Positions 29,079 through 40,700 of a stretch of DNA of 64,000 bases are shown piece after piece. The notes below the pieces were generated by a model, which saw only the letters and a program-made list of their open reading frames with translations, was not told the origin of the DNA and did no database searches. This DNA is from Antedon mediterranea. Taxonomy: Eukaryota; Animalia; Echinodermata. The stretch's first letter is position 1; each line of letters opens with the position of its first letter. Made by a program: the position numbers and the translations under genes. The stretch is taken from positions 7,098,201 through 7,162,200 of the forward strand of contig NC_092679.1 of the NCBI RefSeq assembly GCF_964355755.1, in the 5' to 3' direction.

Positions 29079-32000
29079 TTAATTTCTAGATGCTCCAACC
29101 ATTTCACAACTGACATCCCAAAGTTTTGTTGCTAAATCCTCATCATAAGATAGAGGGCTGCTTTTCTTCAATGCACAGTCACTATAAATAAATAACATTT
29201 TAATTTAATTTAAATACTTTTTCTGTTATCTATGACTTAATTTAAACCTGCCGATTCTCAGTACTGTATCCTTTTCCGAAGTATCATAGGAATATTTGGT
29301 AATACAACACATGTGTCTAGTAGTAACCTTACATCATACAGGCACCACATGTGATATAAATGAGATGCTGTATTACCAAATATTCGTATGATACTTCGGA
29401 AATAGATAGTATTTGGAGATATAGCACTGAGAATTGGGTGTTTAAACATAATAGATTTATTTATTGTTCAATGGTTAAAATTAGAAATTATTTATTATAT
29501 TTCTCTTGGATAAGTAGTACTGTACATGACAAAAATCTACATTTTAAATTTAGTACCCAATTTTCAAGGTAGAGCTTATAGCTAGCTTCTTTCCCACAAA
29601 CAAAGTATTACATTTCTGATTACCTGTAGTAGCTACCAGACTCCTTCTCAATGCCTGGCATTACTGCACAGTATATGGTTGTCTGTGCTCCTTGCTCTGA
29701 TGTTTTACACAGAGTCCTTAAAACAAGTTGCTGCAGTGGTACAATGAACCTAACAATTGGCCACGTATCTGTGATGTACCTCAACAGTTCTGTATCCACA
29801 GCGCCTGGATGAACTGCGTAAGACGTTACAGTTGTACCTGTTCAATAAAATAATATTAATTTGTTCGGAGTGAATACAATATTTTTTTAATAGTTATGGC
29901 TCGTGAAGTTGTGATTTATCAAATCTGCTTAAACAAATTATCTTTACTTTTTTTCTTAAAGTTTTAAAAATAACCTAATCGAATATTTGTCTATTTTTTG
30001 CATTAAAATCAAAGATAATGGATTCACGCCATTAAGCGAAAAAATTGGAAGGTTTAAATTACCAAAAAATATAGTTTTAATTTCTCTTTGCATCTCAACA
30101 CTCTCTTAAAGCCCCCTTCCCTACGTTTTTTAGATCTAATTTAAGATCACAAACTATATTTAATGTAAAAATAATACTATATGGTCCTATTGCGATAACT
30201 TTTTCCGTCTTTAAACGGTTAAAAATGTGAAAAATAAGTCGATTCTAATAATTATAGCGGCCCGCTATAAATCCCAAAATGCATTGCGCGCGGATTGATA
30301 TTTTTGTTTTTCACCTGTAATTCGCCCACTTTTCGATCGATCGTGAGGCCAAAACAAATGGAAGACTCCTAACTTTTCAGCGAAAATACCGGGTTTTCCC
30401 CAATTTGTATCAACGGAGTCTGGCAAAAATAGAAAGACAATTAATGCAGCAACTATACAACGTCAGGCTAGGTATATAGCTAGCGTATGATGTTCGTACG
30501 TTACCGATGTTTACCAGCTAGGCCTTCAAAACTAAGCCTAGCTAGGCTAGGCCTAAGAGCGTCCACGAGAGGTCGATCGCCGCGAGCTACTTAGGTAGTG
30601 CATTGTTTCTCACTTTTTATCATAATTTACCATAAAACGTACATTTAAGACAAGGAATGACATGGTTTAATGTTTTTAAAGTGATATATATGTATTATTT
30701 TCCAAAAAACGTCCAAAATTGCAGGGAAGGGGTCTTTAACCTAAATAATCATCACTCTATGTACCTTTAAGCCTCTTGGCTAATTCTTTGGTGAACAAAA
30801 CGTTGGCAAGTTTACTTTCAGAGTAAGCAGTAATGGTGTTGAAGGAACGTTTCTTAAAATTCAGATCATCCAGAGGAAGTTGTTTGGGTGCAATATGAGC
30901 CAAAGACGAAAGGTTTATGATTCTAGCTGCTGGAGATTCCTTTAACATATCCAGTAGCAGATTGGTGAGTAGAAAGTGGCCAAGGTGGTTCGTTCCAAAT
31001 TGCATATCAAATCCATCTTCCGTCTCCCATTGAGGGCAGCACATTACACCTAGTAAAATATTTCCTGATTATATAATATTGTGCACCAATCATGCTCAGG
31101 TATTACAACCATACAGATATATTTTATTACTAGTAGTAGTAGTATTATTATTACAGTGGCATAAAGGCTATGAGTCACTGGCTACTGCCAGGGGCCCAGA
31201 GCTTGCGGCCCCTGGGAATGAGCATCCTCAATGGAACCACCCAGTGTTGGAGGGTCCATTCAGAGTACTAAACCAGGGGCCTTTGACCTGTATTTTAAGT
31301 CACTGTATTATTATCAGTTAGGTAATAAAGTAATAGAATGTCTGGTTAAAGGGTAGAGAGTATACCTGCATTATTAATAAGTATATCAAGGGAGTCATGG
31401 TTGTCTTTGTATTCTTTGACAAATTCTCGTACGGATGCCAACGACGCTAGATCCAGTTTATGCACAAAAACCTCTTTGTGTCCAGTAGTTTGCTCTATGT
31501 ACTGCTTGGCACTATAACCTTTCTCTGTATTCCTGCAGGCTAGAATCACCTTAGCACCTATAATAGGAAAAGTATGGCATGATTGTCCTGCAAGATCATT
31601 CAGGATTTCTATATGACAATATAGTGACCTTTTTGTTTTCATGACTAGGCTAAGCAACTATTGAGTCTAAACATCATTCTGTTGTGCATGCTCAAATGTT
31701 TCTTTTTCACTCAATAACTGCTTAGTATAGTAAGCGGTGTCATGACAAAACGTCATTTTGTACATTTACCTCTGGCTGCCAAATCTTTTGCAGTCTCTCT
31801 TCCAATACCAGTGTTTGCCCCTGTAATAATGATGGTTTTGCCGACAAGTTTAGCATCGCTATGACACTTGCCAATAAACGACTGCCGAATATAGTAAAGC
31901 AACACAACTGTCATAAAAAATAATTTTTACAGAAAATTAGTGAATAATAATTGTTAATGGAAATGATTCCAATAATAAATGAATGAATTAATAATAATGA

Positions 32001-32476
32001 TGTATGTAGGATCTAAAGAATGTTGTTTAGATGCAATGCTGAAAGACCTAAAGGGTGGTCCAAATGTTATGGATGAGACTAGTACGTCAGTTACATTCAA
32101 ATCAGTTTTGGATTGAATTTGTTTCAATTTATGACCATAAAAAGAACGGTCGATCGTGACTATAAAACGCTTTTAATTACAGTACACATGCACGGTGGTT
32201 GACCGCTCTTCCCCCCACCTCCACCTATCCCTATCCCTATCCCCCTCTCCCTCCCTTCCCCTTTTTTCTTCTTCTTAACCGACCCACCACCAACTACAGT
32301 ATAATATATGATAGTGCGTTAACCTTTTTTGTTTACCATTCCTGAGCATGATGATTTGCATATTTATATCATAGATATATATATACTAGTTTTCTTCTAA
32401 ATCAGGGTTAAAATCTAACACGTTATGTTAACTTACCAATCAAAGGGATAGTTAATATGATAAGAAGCATGATCAT
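29079..32476 (-). CDS. Retinol dehydrogenase 11/12/13-like short-chain dehydrogenase/reductase, 6 exons
   Basis: Exons 32476-32437, 31907-31770, ~31557-31366, ~31049-30765, ~29837-29624 and 29181-29079; hydrophobic N-terminal anchor, TGANTGIG cofactor motif, [16 protein letters not shown], catalytic YSESK, VHPGAV; ends [15 protein letters not shown]. Confidence 0.92.
30110..30735. mobile_element. Kolobok-type MITE, copy 2 (RDH intron)
   Basis: Near-identical to 25809-26434, same orientation and length; TTAA at 30106-30109 and 30736-30739. Confidence 0.8.
31154..31305. mobile_element. hAT-type MITE
   Basis: CAGTGGCATAA ... TTAAGTCACTG TIRs with an 8-bp flanking duplication TATTATTA; internal GGGGCCC motifs. 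Confidence 0.6.
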
Positions 32477-32887
32477 ATAAATAATGCGTAGTTTTGAACT
32501 CCTTTTCTAGCAATATTCATTCAGCTCTATTTGCAAACTTGCACTTAGTAGACACCGTGTCAAATAATAATGTGTGATCGCCGATGGGTCGATGACCCCC
32601 CATGACCCATTGCTCGCACTTTTGGGGACACATCCGCACACACGCACTCTCGACTCTCCGGTTGCGCACACGTGAGCGATAACCAGATCCAGGGGAGTAT
32701 TATGCAAGTTCCTTTTCTATCAAAAAGGTATATTGTCCCCCTGAAAAAAAAATGTTTTAAATGTATTTGTTGAATATGCCATTTTATGTCACAAATATAA
32801 TAGGTATTCACTTTGACCTAAATATATTTTCCTGAAAAAACTGTAATCTCTATGCTCTGTAATAATTAAACACAAATTAGTTTGATT

Positions 32888-33400
32888 ATTATTTATTTTA
32901 TTTATTTATTTATTCGGTATATAAAAATATATTACAAAACGACAGTCAAGGACTGAAATGAAATGTATTACAAATGACTAAAAATTAGTTAAAATTGCTA
33001 TAAAAATAGAAACATCTTAATAAAATTAGATATCGTACCATACAATTAAAAACATACATGAATAAAAAACCTTAAAACATTCACTTATTACATATCTAAA
33101 AAAGAGCTAGTGGTGCCTATTAATTATATCCACCATGGTGGGAACTGGAGACGACCTAAGTCTGCTGGTTTTACAATGAGGTACTTCTAGAAAGCGGTTG
33201 ACTCTGAGAGACCGAGCTGGCTTATGAAGAGGGGGAAGTATTTCTCTAAACAGCTCGGATTTTAATAAGCCTTCCCCGAAAGACAACACAAGTTTGTTTC
33301 TTCTCTCTACAAGAGTAGGTAAACCAGTAACAGACAATGCATGATCATAGCACAAATAGTTGTTACCTAGCATGATACGCAATGCTCTCTTTTGTACCTT
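32888..33400 (-). mobile_element. 5'-truncated LINE fragment (RT C-terminus + tail)
   Basis: ORF 33107-33382 (ALRIMLG...LPTLVERR...CKTSRLRSSPVP) resembles a LINE ORF2 C-terminus; minus-strand (TAAA)n tail at ~32888-32914. Confidence 0.7.
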
Positions 33401-33459
33401 TTTAAATTATTTAATTTATTAAGTCAATTTGGTTGAATTTAACCATTTTTCTTTTTTGT

Positions 33460-34309
33460 AAGTAATAATATAGGCTTAAGTTTATGTACCGCCAACGTAA
33501 GATACTAAGTTGTAAGAATCGTAAACTATTATGCTCTGCTCTCATCCAATGTGTTTTTGACTATGCTGCATCTTCTTGGTTCTGTGGAACCAGTAAAGCT
33601 ATTCAAAGAAAACTACAAATTGCTCAAAACAAAATGGTTAGACTCATAAAAGGAGTTGAACCCAGAAGACATATAGGTGCTGATCAATTAGACGATTATG
33701 GATTGTTAAATGTAAAATATCGAGTAAAGTTCTTGCAAATTAGCCAAGTTCATAAAATATTTATGGGCAGAAGTGCTTCATACCTAAACGAAAACTTTCG
33801 TAGAGTTAATAACTTACATGGTCACTTCACTCGTGGTAGTAAACTCAATTTCGTTGTACCTGAAGTACAAGGCATAGAATGCAATACATTCTATTTTAAT
33901 GCAATCAGAGAATGGAATAACCTTCCTGACTATATTAAACAAATTTCCAACACATCTAAATTTAAAACTGAATTGAAACAATATTACAAAATTAAACATT
34001 ATAAATTATTATTGTGCCATTATATCAGATGTTTTGCTTATATGCTTATATATTTATGAACCCCGTCTTATAATGTTTGTTTTGTTAAAATTATAATTAC
34101 TATCTTTTTAGGGACCACATTGGAATTAAGTTGTTTTACTTTAAACGAATTTATGTGTTTTCCCGTGCATCGTCAGACTTCATTAATCCCGCCATTTTTA
34201 TTTGCTTTTTTGATGTATTTTAATATTTAAGGTGATTATATATATTATTGATGTATTTTTAATGTTATTGAGATGCCAAATAAATGAAAGAAAAAGAAAG
34301 AAAGAAAGT
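33460..34309 (+). mobile_element. 5'-truncated L2/Crack-like LINE fragment
   Basis: ORF 33484-34059 (FDYAASSW, KLQIAQNKMVR, HGHFTRGS, AIREWNNLP) resembles a LINE ORF2 C-terminus; AATAAA followed by a (GAAA)n tail at ~34279-34309. Confidence 0.75.
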
Positions 34310-34729
34310 GACATTAAACATTATTTTTAAAAGTTTTTTTCACGGCCTATTAGAAATGGCCTATTCTATTCTATAAGTCTTTTTCTTTTACTATTAATCT
34401 TCATCTTTTTTTCGTGTTTTTTGAGGTACAATCTATCTATCTATAACAGTACTCATACTCATACTATACATACAAACATCAAACTTACCGTACACGGAAT
34501 TCATAATATTTAAACAGTAAATGCAAAATTGCTCAAAATAAAGAGGTTTGGAATTTTTTTTAACAAAATATGTACAATTTAAACAAAATTAATTGCGGAA
34601 AAAAAACGGGATGGAGCATTCGCACTGGTGGTAGTTCGCCCTCTTACAATTTCCTTCTTTTATTTTCGAAAAGTTGAAATTTTTCTTTACTTCTCGCGTT
34701 CGCAATTAACATTTTTGACAAGAACGAAA

Positions 34730-37700
34730 ATGGATACAGTTTTATTATTTGTTCAAGCTGTTCTTTTAGCTGCAGCTGGGTTTGCTGGATTTGCGGCTGC
34801 TATAACAATAGGTATTTCAAGGGTAAGTGATATTTGGTACTTTATTGAAGTTTATAATCTTATAGGCTAGCTAGGGCTAGGCCCAAGTTTTTCAAGTAAA
34901 TCGCGATCGCGGTAAGACAGGTTGTTTGGCAGGCAGAACGATCACATGTTATTTGGGGGAGTGGCCTCTCTTCTGCTGCTACACTGTGCAAGACAGCCAA
35001 ACAGGCTAGCGTGCTGTATAGTAGAGCAGTTAGTGCCATAAAAATAGCCAAGTTGTGCACTTTATTACCAAAGCATGAAACTTGCCACAAAGTTTCTTTG
35101 ATGTATATAGATTCAAAATATCGGGGGGTGCCAAGTGTCCAACGTCCGGTATGGCGGCCATCTTGATTTCAAAATGGCCACCATAAAAACAAAAAGTCTT
35201 CATATCTTGGCAACTATAAACAGTAGAGACTTGATTCTGGTGTTAAATTGTTCACAAACCACATATTTCTATTTGCTCTAATGAAAAGTTTCGTCAAAAA
35301 ATGACCGGAAATGACGTTTCTCCCAGTTTGACCTTTGACCTCTTATCTGTATATCTCAGTAACTACTGATCATTTTCAATCGATTTTGGTGTCATTTTGT
35401 TCAGAATAGAGACATTTATATTTGTAGTAATGAAACATTTTCACATAAAATGACTGGAAATACAATTTATAACCTTTGACATATATAATATGTGAACATA
35501 CTGTATGTGGTTTACATTGGTATAAATGCACCTAATTTTTTTTAACGAAATAAATGACACTTAAAAAATGAGCAGGAATTATTATTCTGAATTTTTGACT
35601 TTTGATGTGATAGGATAGGCGTAAAGTATGACAGATCACTGAGAAACAGCAATCACTGAGCTCATCTATGCCGACTTGTTTGCTAAACTGTGATGTGTCA
35701 ATCGTTAGATAAAAGTTTTGGTCCTCTCTCCATCATCTTTTTTTTTTGCAATGTATTATACCATATGGACAATTGTCTGAAATAAAAGTTGAATTGAATT
35801 GTTAGATGCCATTTGGAAATATTTTTGATGTAAAGTAGCATTCTTTCGTTGGCCTCTTTGATGTTGCATATGAGACAAGTTCGGAAAGTTTTCATTTTCA
35901 TGAGTTAAGAGAATACCGTCTTTCAAACTTACTACAAACTTATCCTGCATTTGTGCAGTAGACCTACTTTCATTAGTCAGAAACTCAGATAATTCTTGTT
36001 CATTTTCGTTGCATCTAAAAAAATGTACTCCATTTTTATGGTAATGGGCCTTTGATTTTCCTCGATTTTCTCTACTCATTGATTTTTTAGCAAAATCCGA
36101 ACCAAATCAATTCGTAAAAGACATCTCAATATAATTATTCAAGTAATTCTCAAATTAGTGACATGGACCTACAATATACTGTTCTGTACAAGACCTTTTT
36201 AGGCATCCACTTGTGGACTTTCACTTTGAAGGTCTTGGTCTCCTAATCATACAAGAAACAATGTCTGATTTAATCAATCAAAGTAGTGGGTCCAGACAAA
36301 GAAGGGGATGTAAGACCATCCACAGACAAAGAAAGGGGTATAAGACCATCACAGACAAAGAAGGGGGTATAAGACCATCCACAGACAAAGAAGGGGGTAT
36401 AAGACCATCCATACACAAAGAAAGGGGTGTAAGGCCATCCATACACAAAGAAAGGGGTGTAAGGCCATCTACAGACAAAGAAGGGGGTGTAGGACCATCC
36501 ACAGAGAAAGAAGGGGTGTAAGACCATCCACAGACAAAGAAGAGGGTATAAGACCATCCACAGACAAAGAAGGGGGTATAAGACCATCCACAGACAAAGA
36601 AGGGGGTATAAGACCATCACAGACAAAGAAGGGGGTATAAGACCATCCACAGACAAAGAAGGGGGTATAAGACTATCCACAGACAAAGAAGGGGGTGTAA
36701 GACCATCCACAGACAAAGAAGGGGGTGTAAGACCATCCACAGACAAAGAAGGGGGTATAAGACCATCCATACACAAAGAAAGGGGTGTAAGGCCATCCAT
36801 ACACAAAGAAAGGGGTGTAAGGCCATCTACAGACAAAGAAGGGGGTGTAGGACCATCCACAGAGAAAGAAGGGGATGTAAGACCATCCACAGACAAAGAA
36901 GGGGGTATAAGACCATCACAGACAAAGAAGGGGGTATAAGACCATCCACAGACAAAGAAGGGGGTATAAGACTATCCACAGACAAAGAAGGGGGTGTAAG
37001 ACCATCCACAGACAAAGAAGGGGGTGTAAGACCATCCACAGACAAAGAAGGGGGTATAAGACCATCCATACACAAAGAAAGGGGTATAAGACCATCCATA
37101 CACAAAGAAAGGGGTGTAAGGCCATCTACAGACAAAGAAGGGGGTGTAGGACCATCCACAGAGAAAGAAGGGGTGTAAGACCATCCACAGACAAAGAAGA
37201 AAGGGGTGTAGGACCGTCCACAGACAAAGAAAGGGGTGTAATACCATCCACACAGAAAGAAAGGGGTGTAAGACCATCCACACAGAAAGAAAGGGGTATA
37301 AGACCATCCATACACAAAGAAAGGGGTGTAAGGCCATCTACAGACAAAGAAGGGGGTGTAGGACCATCCACAGAGAAAGAAGGGGTGTAAGACCATCCAC
37401 AGACAAAGAAGAAAGGGGTGTAGGACCGTCCACAGACAAAGAAAGGGGTGTAAGACCATCCACACAGAAAGAAAGGGGTGTAAGACCATCCACACACAAA
37501 AAAAGGGGTGTAATACCATCAACAGACAAAGAAAAGGGTGTAATACCATCAACAGACAAAGCAAAGGGGTGTAATACCATCAACAGACAAGGAAGGGGAT
37601 ATAAGACCGTCCACAGGCACAGAAGGGGTGTAAGACCGTCCACAGACAAAGAAAGCGGTGTAAGACCGTCCACAGACAAAGAAGGGGGTGTAGGACCGTC

Positions 37701-40700
37701 CACAGACAAAGAAGGGGGTGTAAGACCACCCACTGACAAAGAAAGGGTATAGGACCACTTACAGACAAAGAAGGGGGTATAAGACCACCCACAGACAAAG
37801 AAGGGGGTGTAAGACCATCCACACACAAAAAAGGGATTATAAGACCATCTACAGACAAAGAAGGGGGTATAAGACCATCCACAGACAAAGAAGGGGGTAT
37901 AAGACCATCCACAGAGAAAGAAGGAGGTGTAAGACCATCCACAGACAAAGAAGGGGTGTAAGACCATCCACACACAAAGAAGGAGGTGTAAGACCACCCA
38001 CAGACAAAGAAGGGGGTATAAGACCATCCACAGAGAAAGAAGGAGGTGTAAGACCATCCACAGACAAAGAAGGGGTGTAAGGCCATCCACAGACAAAGAA
38101 GGAGGTGTAAGACCATCCACAGACAAAGAAGGGGGTGTAAGACCATCCACACACAAAAAAGGGATTATAAGACCATCTACAGACAAAGAAGGGGGTATAA
38201 GACCATCCACAGACAAAGAAGGGGGTATAAGACCATCCACAGAGAAAGAAGGAGGTGTAAGACCATCCACAGACAAAGAAGGGGTGTAAGACCATCCACA
38301 CACAAAGAAAGGGGTGTAATACCACCCACAGACAAAGAAGGGGTATAAGACCATCCATAGAGAAAGAAGGAGGTGTAAGACCATCCACAAACAAAGAAAG
38401 GGGTGTAATACCATCAACAGACAAAAAAGGGGGTATAAGACCGTCCACAGACAAAGAAAGGGGTTCACGACCATCCACAGACAAAGAAGGGGGTATAAGA
38501 CCATCCATAGACAACGAATGGGGTGTAGGACTATCCACAGACAAAGAAGGGGGTGTAGGACCATCCACATACAAAGAAGGGAGTGTAGGACCATCCACAG
38601 ACAAAGAAGGGGTGTAAGACCATCTACATACAAAGAAAGGGGTGTAAGATCATCCACAGACAAAGAAGCGGGTATAAGACCATCCACAGACAAAGAAGGG
38701 GGGTTTAAGACCATCCACGGACAAAGAAGCGGGTATAAGACCATCCACAGACAAAGAAGCGGGTATAAGACTATCCACAGACAAGGAAGGGGGGTATAAG
38801 ACCATCCACAGACAAAGAATGTGGTATAAGACCATCTACAGACAAAGAAGGAGGGGTAGGACCATATTACCGAGGAAGCATAGGCCTACAAAAAGAAGAT
38901 GCAATCAAAATAGGCCTACCAGCCACTTGGAAAACAATAAATTGTAGAATAACTGAGGCTTGATTGTTGAAATATAAAGGGTTCTTTGTAAGGTCATTAA
39001 TAATATATTGATATAAACACGATCATCATACTATTCATTTGACATTCAAATACAGTCTATCTCGAAAAGAAGCTCATACTATCACCTTTTCGAGGTTTGA
39101 CGGTATTCCATAACATGTATGTTATTTCCTCTGTCAAACTATTAAAACTTTTAGCGAATCAGAAGGTGCCAACATCGTTGAACTATTAATGGTACCACCA
39201 AGCACAATATTTACCAATTTTATGTACAATATACAATTTAAGTACATTAATCATTTAATATAATTACGCCTATCAGGTCAAAGTTCAAAATTAGGTGCAT
39301 TTAAGACCACCAAAAACCACATACAGTATATTCACATAATTAAAAATCAATAATTAAATGTCAAAGGTCATAAATTGTATTTCCGGTCATTTTATGTGAA
39401 AATGTTTCATTACTACAAATATAAATGTATTTATTCTGAACAAAATGACACCAAAATCGATTGAAAATGACCAGTAGTTACAGAGATATACAAATACGAG
39501 GTCAAAGGTCAAACTGAAAGAAACGTCATTTCCGGTCATTTTTGGACGAAAATTTTCATTAGAGTAAATAGAAATATATAGTTTGTGAACAATTTGAGAC
39601 CAGCATTAAGTCTCTAATGTGTATAGTTGCCAAGATATGAACATTTTTTGTTTTTATGGTGGCCATTTTGAAATCAAGATGGCCGCCATACCGGACGTTG
39701 GACACTTGGCACCCCCCGATATTTTGAATCTATATACATTATAGAAACTTTGTGCCAAGTTTGATGCTTTGGTAATAAAATGCACAGCTCATGTCATTAA
39801 CTGCTCTACTAGTAGGACAGAACAATACAGTGCCCAAACTATTAGTGGTTGGTTGTATTAGTAATTTAGCTTTTAGATGTTTTAACTTGTAAATTTTCAT
39901 TATTTTTATTTTGGAGATTATCAAAAATAAAATCATTTGATCGAACCAATGAGTGTATGTCGTTTAGGCTATAGGCCTAGCTAGGCTAGTGACCATCTAT
40001 TTACTGTACATACATTATTGAACAAACATATCTATCTTCTATTGATTATTTGGAATTCTAAACAAAATAATAAAAAATATATAATAAATGTATGCCGGCC
40101 AAAACGAATTGAGGTCGATATGCACTGCTGTGACCGTTTCACTGCATTATTTAATATTATTTTACCTATTAATTTTTAAAAAGTTGAGATTTCTTTTAAA
40201 AGAAATTTCTCAACATGTTAGATTAGAATTGTGTTGATTGTTAATCACAAACACCACTAAATAACAAGGAAATGTATAAAAAGTTGTTGCTTAGTCAAGC
40301 AAAACCTATATAATACAGAAAGTATTATTTTTCACCAACTCATTTTTTTATATAGCGGCGATAAATAATCATTCTCACAAAGACGACAATATTCATTTTA
40401 ATGAAAAAAAAAGCTTCTTTGAATAAAAAGGTTTTTAGATGAGATTTTAAACAATGTGTACACCTTTCTATTATATTAAAATGAGCATTGTGTAAAAATT
40501 CATGATAAAGGAAGGATGTGGCTGCTTTGATCTGCCTACTACAGCCTTTTTTTTAAGATACGATGGTTAGGGATTAAACATAGTTTAGTATTCTACAGGC
40601 CTTCTCCGTGTTCAGTACAGACCTACTAATCAGAATTCGAATCACTATTATATCCCTTTTCCAAATCGTTATTGGAGCAAGGGGGGAAAAACAGAAACTC

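Larger units (their letters stand above)
35019..39811 (-). mobile_element. Non-autonomous Academ-type DNA transposon in TMEM179-A intron 1
   Basis: ~550-600-bp TIRs (35019-~35625 and ~39260-39811); TAG...CTA termini; 3-bp duplication GTA (35016-35018 and 39812-39814); decayed minus-strand coding remnants. Confidence 0.8.

Noticed and set aside
31995-32045. C/D-box-like motifs (ATGATG...CTGA) in an RDH intron
   Set aside because: Antisense to the host gene, too short, and lacking a convincing terminal stem.
36213-38835. Many long overlapping ORFs (up to 468 aa) in the minisatellite
   Set aside because: They result from a stop-poor 30-bp repeat with frequent frameshifts; there is no evidence for a real protein.
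36290-38866. CRISPR-like array
   Set aside because: Units are contiguous with no unique spacers, there are no cas genes, and the context is eukaryotic.
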